Positions 49,866 to 60,399 of a stretch of DNA of 62,482 nucleotides are shown here, piece after piece. The position numbers were made by a program, and so were the translations under genes. Position 1 is the first letter of the stretch. Each line of letters opens with the position of its first letter. This DNA is from Ignavibacteriota bacterium (lineage in GTDB: Bacteria; Bacteroidota; Ignavibacteria; UBA10030; CAVZMI01): the NCBI GenBank assembly GCA_963776275.1, contig CAVZMI010000010.1, positions 1-62,482 of the forward strand, given 5' to 3'. The notes below the pieces were generated by a model. That model was not told the origin of the DNA and ran no database searches. It saw only the letters and a program-made list of their open reading frames with translations.

Positions 49866-50021
49866 ACTCCAAGCACACTACGAAGATCTTCAGAAGGGGA
49901 GTTGTGACTCTTCGAAAGAGCGGGCCCCTGCTATCCCGCTAAAAAGCGGCGGGACGCACAAAACGCGCTAAAAAAAATCCTATGGCATAAGACATGGGAT
50001 TTTTTTATTACCTAGTAATAG
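49866..50021 (+). repeat. 156-bp structured direct repeat, copy B
   Basis: Aligns with 46796-46951. Confidence 0.8.
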
Positions 50022-50063
50022 GTCTGGAAAATCCTCCGGATTCCAAAAAGGAACAGGTTTTAT

Positions 50064-50115
50064 ATGTAATGCGGAGCATTACATGCTTGCAATTATGCAT
50101 AATGTTCCATATTAT
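50064..50115 (+). promoter_or_regulatory. Candidate promoter and palindromic operators of the DJ-1/TPP operon
   Basis: ATGTAATGC-GGA-GCATTACAT; TTGCAA-17-TATTAT overlapping the palindrome ATTATGCATAAT. Confidence 0.55.
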
Positions 50116-50162
50116 TTTCGGTAATTAGCAGTACTTATTACACCTAAAAAAGGACTTGACCG

Positions 50163-50988
50163 ATGAAAAAGGTACTCGCTATTCTATCTGAATATGGCTA
50201 CTGGGGAATCGAATTAGTCGGGCCTCTTTCAAAACTGGAAGCCGCCGGACATAAAGTCGAATTCATGACTCCGAACGGCAAAAAAGCTGAAGCACTTCCT
50301 CCGAGTTATGACCAGACTTACGTCGATCCTCCACTTGGTGTTTGTGTAACTACACCTCTTGCTGAAAAAATGGTTAAAGAATTTGAGGCTACGAATCGTC
50401 TATCAAACTGCAAAAATATGTCCGACTATATTCCCGAAAGGCCCTATTATTCACATATTAATTTCTTGCGCGAGCTGGAGAAATATTATTCAAAAGTGAA
50501 AGATTCCGTTGCAAAACTTATAGAAGAGTATGAAGCATTATTTATTGTCGGCGGCAGCGGGCCGATCGTAGATTTGGTAAATAATCAAAAACTACACGAA
50601 TTAATTTTAGGATTTTATCGTAGCGATAAACCTATCGGTGCAATTTGTTATGGTGTCGCCGCGCTTGTTTTCGCAAGAGATTTTAATGAAAGGAAAAGTA
50701 TTATCAACGGTAAACACGTTACAGGGCATTGTATCGAGTATGATTATCACGATGGCACGGGATTCCTGCATACTGATTTTAATATTCGAACCGCCCCCAT
50801 ATGTTCTGGAGTACATCCTTTCCGACGCTGTTGGACCCAGCGGCCAATTTCACGGCAATTTTGGAAAAGAAACGTCCGTCATAGTTGATTATCCGTTCAT
50901 CACAGCGCGCTCTCTGCAATGTTCTCACGAATTCGGCAACGTATTTGTTACCGTTCTGGACAAAGGCTTGAAACGGTATGGCTGGTAA
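50163..50988 (+). CDS. DJ-1/PfpI (class I glutamine amidotransferase-like) protein; frameshift near 50790
   Basis: GYWGIEL, VGGSGP and nucleophile elbow AICYG; continues as PPYVLEYIL..VDYPFITARS. Confidence 0.8.
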
Positions 50989-52645
50989 ATGCGGCAAATA
51001 TAAAGTGCTGGAGCAGTTTATCGCCGACGATTGCAAATATATGTTCGGCAATCCCGGTACCGTAGAACAGGGTTTTCTTGATGCTCTCGGAGAATATCCG
51101 CAGCTTAAATATATTCTGACTCTTCAGGAAAGTGTCGCGGTACTCATAGCGGACGGCTATGCTCGTGCCACTCAAAAACCTGCGCTTGTTCAGCTGCACA
51201 GTTCGCCGGGAATCGGAAATGCGGTCGGTGCGCTGTACCAGGCGATGCGTGGACATTCCCCGCTCGTCGTTGTCGGTGGCGATGCCGGAATTAGGTATGC
51301 AAACATGGACGCCCAAATGGCCGCCGATCTGGTAGGAATGATGAAACCGGTCACAAAATACGCGACCATGGTGACCGATTCAAGTTCCCTCCTTCGGACT
51401 GTCCGGCGCGCCGTCAAGATTGCCGGAACACCGCCGATGGGACCGGTCTATGTTTGCTTGCCCATGGATATCCTCGAAGAAATAAATCATGAAGATGTTC
51501 TTCCGACGACGATTCCTTCCACGCGCGTAGTCCCGGACATACCGATCATTCGACGGGCAGCGGAATTCCTCTTGGAGGCGGTCGCGCCGATGATATTTGT
51601 CGGCGATGGAATTGCATACTCCGGTGCCCAGGAAGAGTTGACGAAGCTCGCCGAATTGCTCGGTGCAGAAGTGTACGCAGTCGATGCCGGCGATCTGAAT
51701 ATGGATTTTACACATCCCCTGTATCAAGGCGCCACCGGTCACATGTTCGGCAGCAGCAGTCTGCCGATCACACAAAAGGGGGATGTAAATCTCTTGGTCG
51801 GCACATACATGCTCCCGGAAGTTTTTCCGGAATTGGGAAATATTTTTGCAGAGAAAGCCAAGGTCATCCATTTTGATTTGAACGCCTACGAAATTGCTAA
51901 AAATCATCCGGTCGATATCGCCGCGGTATGCGATCCGAAGCTGACGTTGAAGGCTCTTCACGATGCGATTGAAGCGGGGATGAACCGGCAGCAACAAGAG
52001 ACGGCGGCAAAAAGACGGGAAGACATTTCGAAGAAAAAATCGCAAAGAATAAATACCGAGAAGGAAGCGGATCGGACGAGAAGGAGTACGGACTCGCTCG
52101 CCATGTTCCGGTTTGCCGAACTGCTCTCCGCGAAGATTCCCACCGATACGCTTATCTTCGATGAAGCGTTGACAAACTCCCCCGCTCTCACCAGATATAT
52201 ACCGCCCAGGAAACCGGGTCGGTATTTTGTTACGCGCGGCGGTTCGTTGGGTGTCGGCATCCCGGGAGCAATGGGTCTCAAACTTGCACATCCGGAAAAA
52301 ACCGTTATCGGATTTACCGGCGACGGCGGGTCGATGTACACCATTCAGGCATTGTGGACCGCCGTGCGCCATTCGATCGGAGCCAAGTACATTGTCTGCA
52401 ACAACAGCTCGTATCGATTGCTCCAACTGAACATCGGCGCTTACTGGAAAGAGAGGGATATTATACCACATCAATTTCCGCTCAGCTTTAATCTCTCCCA
52501 TCCGCCGTTGCGATTCGACTTGATCGGTCAGGCTATGGGCGTAAACGCCGTCAGAGTGGAAAAATATGACGAGATCGAACCTGCCATTGATCGCATGTTA
52601 TCGGACGATAATCCTTTTCTCATTGATCTGGTCGTATCGGGTTAA
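50978..52645 (+). CDS. Thiamine-diphosphate-dependent enzyme (benzoylformate decarboxylase/acetolactate synthase-like)
   Basis: FGNPGTVE, LQESVA, GGSLG and GDGGSMYTIQALWT..CNN motifs. Confidence 0.9.
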   Translation: MAGKCGKYKVLEQFIADDCKYMFGNPGTVEQGFLDALGEYPQLKYILTLQESVAVLIADGYARATQKPALVQLHSSPGIGNAVGALYQAMRGHSPLVVVGGDAGIRYANMDAQMAADLVGMMKPVTKYATMVTDSSSLLRTVRRAVKIAGTPPMGPVYVCLPMDILEEINHEDVLPTTIPSTRVVPDIPIIRRAAEFLLEAVAPMIFVGDGIAYSGAQEELTKLAELLGAEVYAVDAGDLNMDFTHPLYQGATGHMFGSSSLPITQKGDVNLLVGTYMLPEVFPELGNIFAEKAKVIHFDLNAYEIAKNHPVDIAAVCDPKLTLKALHDAIEAGMNRQQQETAAKRREDISKKKSQRINTEKEADRTRRSTDSLAMFRFAELLSAKIPTDTLIFDEALTNSPALTRYIPPRKPGRYFVTRGGSLGVGIPGAMGLKLAHPEKTVIGFTGDGGSMYTIQALWTAVRHSIGAKYIVCNNSSYRLLQLNIGAYWKERDIIPHQFPLSFNLSHPPLRFDLIGQAMGVNAVRVEKYDEIEPAIDRMLSDDNPFLIDLVVSG

Positions 52646-52668
52646 ACGACCTAAGCCAGAGGAACCCT

Positions 52669-53362
52669 ATGATACATCAATTAATTTTTGCAGATGCAAA
52701 ACCGGGCATGACCGTTGAAGAATTTCAACGCTACTGGGTCGAAGTACATGCCGTACGCTATGCGAGTAGAATTCGCCAAATAAAAAAATATCTCATCGAT
52801 ACAACGGTTCCTTTTAATGATGAAATCCCCTTGTGGAACGGTGTTGCGGAGATATGGCTCGAAAACGATGAAGAACAGTTGGCCTCGTTACAGTCGGAGG
52901 AATTTTTACAGGGCGCCAGACTTGACGAGCCGAACTGGGCCGCTTTTTGGAAAACCGTTGTGATCGATACCGATGCACATCTGGTCTTGGAAGGGCCGGC
53001 ATTAAGCAATCATCCGACGTGGATTAAGCTGCTCATCTTGCATAAACGAAAAGAAGGCATGCATCTCGAAAATTTCAGAAAATATTATTTAAACAGCCAC
53101 GGTTCCGAACGTCCTGAAATTACCCGGGCTTAGACGATATATGCAATGCCATACCCGCGACGGTTATTATGCCGTCGGAGAATCGAGGTTCGACGGCGCT
53201 TCACAGCTTTGGTTCGACGACGTTCAATCCCTTCGGAATGCTTTGAATTCTCCCGAACATAAAGATCGGGTAAAACCCGATATGGAACGGTTCCTCGAGA
53301 TGAAATATAATTTTTCTCTCGTGGTAAAAGAACATTGGATTATAGGGCCGGAAAAAAGGTAA
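52669..53362 (+). CDS. Tandem EthD-domain protein; frameshift near 53115
   Basis: KPGMTVEEFQRYWVEVH and RKEGMHLENFRKYYLNSH, each followed by a GxxxxW strand. Confidence 0.8.
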
Positions 53363-53365
53363 ACC

Positions 53366-54440
53366 ATGGATTCACTTATCAAATTAAATAATACCCTCGT
53401 AGAGAAAAAAGATTCCGACGTACTACTGGAAGCGATTAAGTCGAATAATACGATTGAAGTCGTGGGCACTGTTAAAAAGAAATTTTAATCCGAATGTCAG
53501 AGACGGTCAATCAGGTCTTTCGGCTTTGATGCTGGCTGCAGGTTTGGGAAATCCGGAGATGGTGAAAGAACTAATCGGCGCCGGCGCGAATATTTTCGAT
53601 ACAGACAGCAAAGCCGGTTCAACGGCTCTCCATAAAGCCTGCCAGGCCGGTTCTTTGGATGTCGTCCGTCTTTTGGCGGACGCGGGCGCTTTCATCGATG
53701 CCGTAGCAACTTCGACCGGACACACTCCGCTGATCGAGGCACTTTGGTTCAAGTGGCCCGACATAGTGGAATATTTGTTGAAAAAAGGAGCCAGCCTCAA
53801 CGTGAAGACGCACTACGGCTTCTCCTTGCTCGATCATTTTCAATACGCGTTGAAAGTGAACGTTCACGGCAAGGATAAGCTTTTGAAAGCAGGCGAGCTT
53901 CTGCAAAAACGGCAAAAAGACGACGATGATAGAATACACGCTCAAAGACTTATGGCGGCTGTCTTTCAGAACGACCTCGAAACCGTACAGAGATTGATAA
54001 AAGAAGGCGTGAACGTCGATGAACGTTATCCATCCCTGGGCGGATTCAATGATTTTCATACTCCGTTGCTCGTTGCCTGCCGGCAGGGATATATGTCTAT
54101 AGCAGCCGAACTCATTAATGCGGGAGCCGATATCAACGCTATCGAGCCGACCTTTGGAGCCGTCCCTTTGCACAAAGCGACTTATAACGGCTTTGCCGAT
54201 ATTACCAGACTGCTGGCAGAGCAACCTGGGATCAATCTCGATTTTCAAGGCATGACCAACGGATACACGCCGCTGCACGACGCGCTCTGGCACGGCTTCA
54301 GCGATTGTGCCGAAATATTGGTAAATGCCGGAGCCAGACTTGACTTGAAAGGACACGACGGTAAACTGCCCGTCGATATCGCCAACGATATTTTCGGTAG
54401 CGAACATCCTCTTGTAAGACTTATAAAATCAAAGACATAA
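53366..54440 (+). CDS. Ankyrin-repeat protein; frameshift near 53462
   Basis: Repeated TALH, TPLIEA, TPLLVA, PLHKA and TPLHDA units. Confidence 0.85.
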
Positions 54441-54459
54441 TACTACGTAAGGAATTCTT

Positions 54460-54660
54460 ACGGAACTGTCGCCGCAAGAAACAGCCCAAAAATGGTTCGG
54501 TGCCTTAATAAAAAGCGATGTCAATACAACGCTCAATTATGTCGGCGATAATGAGAGTAGGTCAATATGCAGCCCTTGAGATTAACCGACAAATCTTATC
54601 GTTCAAGGCAGCGAGGCTGCAGCAAGAGTTCACGATAAGAAGTATGTAAGGCAACAGGTC
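54460..54660 (+). pseudogene. Decayed SnoaL/NTF2-like gene
   Basis: AAGGA RBS, ACG in place of ATG, ELSPQETAQKWFGALIKSDVNTTLNYVGDN, early stop, later fragment VQGSEAAARVHD. Confidence 0.5.
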
Positions 54661-54685
54661 GAGCTAATTTATAAGGAGTATAATT

Positions 54686-55108
54686 ATGCTTTCGAATGAA
54701 ATGATCCATAAGTTTGCAGAGGACTGGTATAAAATGTTGGATGTCCACAGGCCTATGGTAGAATTTTTACCTCTGCTCGCCAACGAAGAACTCGAAATGG
54801 TGTTTCCTGAAGCCACGGTTTACAAATGGGCAGGTTTTGAAGGCTGGTTTCAGCGTGTCATTAGACTTTTTTTTGACGAAGTCCATACCGTTAAAGAAGT
54901 AAAAGCTGTAATTGATGGCGACTCTGCAGAAGTAAAAGTAATAGTGCAATGGGAGGCGAGCGTTTGGAATCCGCCTGCCGCAAAAAGCGAAAGAATTATT
55001 GCAGATGCATACCAGACCTGGAAAATGAAGCTTTCGAACGGTAAACCCGTTATTATTAAATATGTTGTTGATAGATTTGAATATCATGAAGGCTCGGCGA
55101 AGCTTTGA
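54686..55108 (+). CDS. SnoaL/NTF2-like protein
   Basis: AAGGAG RBS; N-terminal helices followed by a long beta meander. Confidence 0.7.
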   Translation: MLSNEMIHKFAEDWYKMLDVHRPMVEFLPLLANEELEMVFPEATVYKWAGFEGWFQRVIRLFFDEVHTVKEVKAVIDGDSAEVKVIVQWEASVWNPPAAKSERIIADAYQTWKMKLSNGKPVIIKYVVDRFEYHEGSAKL

Positions 55109-55176
55109 AATTCGGCAAAATATTCTGGAGGTTCTACTCTGATTAAGCCATTTTTAGAATAATCCTGACTGCCACT

Positions 55177-55752
55177 ATGAGCACACGACAAAAGAAAATA
55201 GGAGTTTTAATTGAAAGTGATTTCTATGAAAAGGAAATCTTCTATTACCAGCACATTTTCCCCGAAGAAGGAATTGAACTGCACTTTTTAACGCGATTAT
55301 GGGGACAACCATCTATCACTTTCAAAGGACACGAAGAACACTCTCCTTTTGAATGCCATGAAAGTTTCGAAAATATGAGCGATGAAGAATTGCTGTCATA
55401 TTCTGCAATCATTGTTCCTTCAGGAATCGTGTCTGACAGATTAAGATATACTGAAGATATAAATACGATACCACCTGCCGCCGAGTTCTTGAAAAGAGCA
55501 TTTGAACAAAAGTCAATAATCAAAGGTATTATCTGCCATGGTTTATGGCTTACAGCACCAATCAGAGAAGTTGTGAAAGGCAGAAAGTTAGTATGCCATA
55601 ATAACCTTTATGGAGACGCATTAGCATACGGAGCAGAGTATGTTAACGAGGATCTTGTTGTGGATGGTGATTTGGTCACAGCAAGGACCGGTGGTCATTG
55701 TCACATATTTGCGCGCAGGATCATTGACATGCTGGCTAGCGAGCAGCACTAA
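55177..55752 (+). CDS. DJ-1/PfpI family protein
   Basis: KKIGVLIE..FYEKE, IICHGLW and VVDGDLVTART motifs. Confidence 0.88.
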   Translation: MSTRQKKIGVLIESDFYEKEIFYYQHIFPEEGIELHFLTRLWGQPSITFKGHEEHSPFECHESFENMSDEELLSYSAIIVPSGIVSDRLRYTEDINTIPPAAEFLKRAFEQKSIIKGIICHGLWLTAPIREVVKGRKLVCHNNLYGDALAYGAEYVNEDLVVDGDLVTARTGGHCHIFARRIIDMLASEQH

Positions 55753-55973
55753 AATCATGCCCCGAGTAAGCATCAACACAGATAAATGTAGACACATTAC
55801 TGTTATACATAGGTATGTACGGATATTATTTTTGTCCAAAAAGAGGAGGCTGCCATTCTAGAAAACCACGTGATCTATGGCGCTCTGGCAATTGGTAATC
55901 CCAAGATCAATTTCAAGAAACTGATATAGAGAAAACCGGCCAAGACAATAAGGATATAAAGGAGAAAGCGTAA

Positions 55974-56405
55974 ATGGGTTTTACAAATTTTGCCCACATA
56001 GGGATCACGTGCAAGGATCCTGCTACGATAGAACGATTCTACACTAAGTATTTTGGTTTCAAGCGGGCGCGCTTAATCCCGCTCGGCGCCGACGATCAAA
56101 TCCTTTTTCTTAAATCAGGGAGCGTCTACCTTGAACTTTTCAAAGCCAAAGCAGACTCACCCACTCCTCCACCCCATAATGACGGGCATCCCTATCCCGG
56201 CCTACGCCACATAGCTTTCGAAGTGGACAATGTTGATGCCAAGCTGGCCGAGTTAGAGGCCGTTGTCAAGATCATGCTGGGACCACTTAACTTTGATGAT
56301 TTCATCCCGGGCTGGCGCGGCGTTTGGATCGCTGACCCGGAAGGAAATATTGTTGAGATCAATCAAGGATACGTTGACCAAAATAATCCCCTACCAATGG
56401 TCTGA
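55974..56405 (+). CDS. VOC/glyoxalase family protein
   Basis: HIGI..FYTKYFGF, LELF, HIAFEVD and DPEGNIVE motifs. Confidence 0.9.
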   Translation: MGFTNFAHIGITCKDPATIERFYTKYFGFKRARLIPLGADDQILFLKSGSVYLELFKAKADSPTPPPHNDGHPYPGLRHIAFEVDNVDAKLAELEAVVKIMLGPLNFDDFIPGWRGVWIADPEGNIVEINQGYVDQNNPLPMV

Positions 56406-56413
56406 GGTACATC

Positions 56414-57124
56414 TTGATGAAAAGGCAACGCGAAAAACTTGCATCCCATAAAGAAGATCGAGGGACTGAAACACGCCACAAGGCGAAACGTGCCCTTAGT
56501 GCGGTCAACAATCAGCGTCTCAACGCGATGAGCGATGGAGTCTTCGCCATCGTAATGACTGTTATGGCTTTTTCAATCAGGATCCCCGACATATCTGCCG
56601 ATCGAGTAATACAAGACCTCCCACAGGCGCTCTTGAAGGTTCTGCCTGATCTTGTGACTCTCATCGTCAGCTTCATCATCCTGGGGGTCTACTGGATCGG
56701 CCATAACAACGTTTTCACTCACATCATTCGCCACGATCGTACACTCCTCTGGCTGAATATCTTCTTCCTGATGAGCGTGGCAACAATTCCTTATCCCACA
56801 ACATTAGTCGTACGCTACGGCGAAGCACAATTGTCGGTTATCGCATATGCTGTCAACTTGATCGTAGGGGGAGTACTTCTTGATTTGATCTGGTTTTACG
56901 CATCAAAGAACCGCCACCTTATGTGTGAAAGCATCCAACCCCAGCTCATCCGTTCTTTCCATCGCCGTATTTTGACTGGACCGTTTATCTATCTGTTAGC
57001 CATTGGAGTTTCATTTGTAAGCATGGTGGCAGCGAAATCCTTGTTCGTAGCCGCTGTTGCTTTCTATCTTGTCCCCACAGCACAGGATTTCTTCCATCAC
57101 CATCAACTATCAAGTCAAGGTTGA
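56414..57124 (+). CDS. TMEM175-family potassium channel
   Basis: RLNAMSDGVFAIVMT, SFIILGVYWIGH and WLNIFFL motifs; about 6 TM segments. Confidence 0.85.
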   Translation: MMKRQREKLASHKEDRGTETRHKAKRALSAVNNQRLNAMSDGVFAIVMTVMAFSIRIPDISADRVIQDLPQALLKVLPDLVTLIVSFIILGVYWIGHNNVFTHIIRHDRTLLWLNIFFLMSVATIPYPTTLVVRYGEAQLSVIAYAVNLIVGGVLLDLIWFYASKNRHLMCESIQPQLIRSFHRRILTGPFIYLLAIGVSFVSMVAAKSLFVAAVAFYLVPTAQDFFHHHQLSSQG

Positions 57125-57272
57125 ATTCTACGAGGGCAATTCATGCACGTATAGGCTACGGCTCGCATTTGCTTATCTCTTGAACGGCGAGAACCAATTT
57201 CTGGAAGGGGCGGGATGAAATCGGAATAGCAAAGGGTGAAACCTTTTCCTTTTGTTATTTCATATCTCAATG

Positions 57273-57671
57273 CTATTGTGCTTGATCAAGATTCTGTTCT
57301 AAAAACGGTTTAATCTTTATCGAATCAAAAAAATTTTCCTGATATACTATTCTTCCGTTTTCAATGGTGTATGTATTCACTGCTTTAAGATCAATTGAAA
57401 TGCCGCTTGCTGTAATTGCTTCGATGCGAGTCAAAGCTGCCGCCCGGTTCCCATTAATAAACAGTTCAAGCAAATGATTCTGGAATCTCTTGTATCCTTT
57501 TTTTATTCCCTCAATACCGCTCCTTAGAGTGGCGATACCTTCTATCGTACCGATAGGCTCGATTAAAACGATATTGTCGGCAAATAGATCAAGCCAGCTT
57601 TCCCAATCACCATTATTAACATATTCGAAATATTTTTCCACGACTTCTTGTGTACTCATATTCTTCTTCAC
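57273..57671 (-). CDS. SnoaL/NTF2-like protein
   Basis: VVEKYFEYVNNGDWESWLDLFADN..ENGRI..FFD. Confidence 0.85.
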   Translation of the reverse strand: MKKNMSTQEVVEKYFEYVNNGDWESWLDLFADNIVLIEPIGTIEGIATLRSGIEGIKKGYKRFQNHLLELFINGNRAAALTRIEAITASGISIDLKAVNTYTIENGRIVYQENFFDSIKIKPFLEQNLDQAQ

Positions 57672-57750
57672 TTCAATAAATGTTTGATATATAATTTTTC
57701 AATGATACCTGAATAATTTTTCCTTGGAGGAATATAACAGTTTTTTCCGA

Positions 57751-59676
57751 TTAGCATTTCCCGTAATATTTCACAGCCAACATAGTAATATCATCCGACT
57801 GCTCCGCTCCCTGCGCAAACTCAGTTATATCATTTCTGACACTTTGAATAAGCCCTTCCACACTATCGTCCTTCGCCGTGGCAAGAGACTGCTGCAGCCT
57901 AGTTTCTGTGAATAGCTTCGCATCCGGGTTCATGGCTTCAGTCACGCCGTCCGTGTACAAGAAAAAAGTATCCCCTCGTTTTAGTGTTGTCGTATTCAAG
58001 GTAAAGTTAATGTTTGGCTTAACACCAAGGACAAAATTTTTATCCGTTTTTATATATTCGAAACCTGATTCCACCGATCCTATCAGGGGAGGATTATGGC
58101 CGGCATTTGAAATCCGAACTTCGCCGGTCACAAGATCCAGGATAGCGCAGAATATCGTCACGAACATCAGCTCTTCATTATCTTCGCTGATGATATTATT
58201 GACCTTGAAGAGGATCTGATCTGGAGAGCTTCCACCCAGTCCCTCATTCTTCAGCAGGACCTTGTTGATCATCATAAACAGAGCAGCAGGCACCCCTTTG
58301 CCGGAAACATCCCCCACGAGAAAACAAAGTTTGTTCTGGCCGATCAGGAAGAAATCGTAGAAATCTCCGCCTACTTCCTTAGCCGGGTCCATAATAGCAA
58401 AGATATCCACATCCTTGCGGTTGGGAAAAGGCGGGAATATCCGTGGCAGCATGCTGGTCTGTATCTGATGGGCGATCATCAGTTCGCTTTCGATGCGTTC
58501 TTTTGCAGCCGTGGTTTCCTGCAAATTTTTAATGAACAGTTTCAGGTCGCTCAACATCTTGTTGAATCCGTTTTGCAGAGTCGTAACTTCCAAATTCTTC
58601 GCGGTCACCTCTATTTTATTTTCCAGGTCCCCGTTCGCTACCTTAACCACTACATCGGACAGATTTACGATCGGACGGGAAATTGAATTGGCAATAATTA
58701 TGATAACCACCAAAAGAATGATCAGGCCGACTAATCCTATGAAAAATGATTCATCCTGGAGATCTATAAGCGAACTGCGCACTTCCTTTTCCGGATAAAC
58801 GAAAACTACTGCACCGACCATAGTTTTCTCTTGTCTGACCGGCCTTAAAATCATCCAGCTTGGTTCTTTTCTCAGAGGATCCAGGTTCTCCGTGAAAATC
58901 CAGTTACCCGAAGGAAGAGAGGATAGGGATGTCATTTCCTCAGCCAGTGTCGGGACCAGCGTGGTGATATTCTCCCTGCCTATTTTGTCCTTATCGGGAA
59001 ATGAAAGGAAATTGCCTTTCGGGCCGAGCATAAAGCCATAGCCGGTTTCCAGCACTTTTAGTCTATCGATATCCTGGACAATGCTATCTAGTGAGATATC
59101 CACCGTAGCTATGCCTCCGAACCGCTTCCCGTGATAGAAGGGACAGGCGTAGGTTACCATCAACACATCGCCGCCGCCTTTATCGAAGTAAGCCTCGGTC
59201 TAGAGAGGTTTCCCCAATGCTTTCGGTTGGCTGAACCACTCCCATTGCCAGTATTTATAGTCATCCTTGCTCAGATCCCTATAATCCAGCTTACCCTGGT
59301 TGTAGTAATAATAAGGGCCAAATGGCTTCCGACTACCGGTCTTACTATCCGTTTCAAGTGCGATGGCAGCGCCATAAATGAAAGGATTCATTTCCACTGT
59401 TCTTTTCAGGTATCTCTTTATGGATTCCCTGTTCTCCCATTGGGAATCAGTTTCCATACGAGAAGCTACCAATGACGGGATCATGGCTGCGCGAGAAAAG
59501 ACGGCATCGATCCGCTTGCCGTAATATCTTGCCAGGTTAATGGCATTGTCCCTCAGTTCCATTTCCATCCGGTTCTTATTTATGAAATACTGAGTAACCA
59601 TCAGTGCAGTGAATATCAGGGCTGATGTTCCCCATAGCCAGATGACCATGTTGGTTCTCAATCTGGATTTTGTCAT
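57751..59676 (-). CDS. Cache-HAMP-SpoIIE (PP2C) phosphatase; frameshift near 59195
   Basis: AGGGAG RBS and ATG at 59676; TM, Cache-like region, HAMP, VGGDFYD, GDVSGKG, YTDGVTEA and SDDIT. Confidence 0.88.
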
Positions 59677-60399
59677 AAAGCTCCCTGCTCGCGGTATTTG
59701 ATGAAAGTCAGGATGTTCCTTCCGTTCTCCCGGCGGTATGAAACTTCGCTCATTATCTCCCGCAATAAGAAAATTCCCAGTCCGCCGATCAGTCGTCGCC
59801 GATATCCCCGATTTCTGCCGGGAGCTCCTGGCGGCGTTGCGGGCGTACATGGCGCTCAGCGAGTTAGGCTTCAATTGGGGGGGCAGGGGGCATTTCTGAA
59901 CGACTCGTTCAAGAACGCTAGGAACCCGGCTCGCTCTGTCCTTGCACCCGGAACTGCAGTCAATTCCGGCGCGCTTAATTCGGCAGTCCTTGGTTAATAC
60001 ATTTTGGACTTCCCGGGCGACCGACACCATCAATGGCTGCCTGCCCGCGACGTCCGACGGAATTGCAGCAAGCATGGCTTACAAGAAACCCGGCACGTTT
60101 CCGATACATCGGTGCTACGGGTGTTCGTGGAGAACAAGACCACGACGTCCACGCGCAACGTGGTCTACCTGAACTTCTCGGTCGTCAAGACCGACACGTC
60201 CTACGGGAGCTTTGCCCCAGGCGGCGGTACGTCGGGGCCGGTCACCGGGTTCAGCGTCTCCACCGGCGGTCGCTGACGGCCGACGTCGCCTCCACCTGGG
60301 ATGAAGTCAACATATACCCCGCGGTGAACGGCAGCTTTCAGTTCTCCGGTCTGATCGTCCTCCGCGGCTACGTGGTCCCCGACGCATAGGACGGCCCTC

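Noticed and set aside
49900-49965. c-di-GMP-I riboswitch resemblance (TTCGAAAGAG..GGGACGCA)
   Set aside because: The motifs are in the wrong spacing, no matching second arm is visible, and copy A lacks the equivalent tetraloop; needs cmscan
51380-52501. 373-aa minus-strand ORF, and similar long antisense ORFs elsewhere
   Set aside because: Fully antisense to well-supported genes and without recognisable motifs
59677-60075. Long N-terminal extension of the SpoIIE protein
   Set aside because: A good RBS and ATG at 59676 precede the first TM helix; the upstream stretch may be a separate frameshifted fragment that I cannot identify
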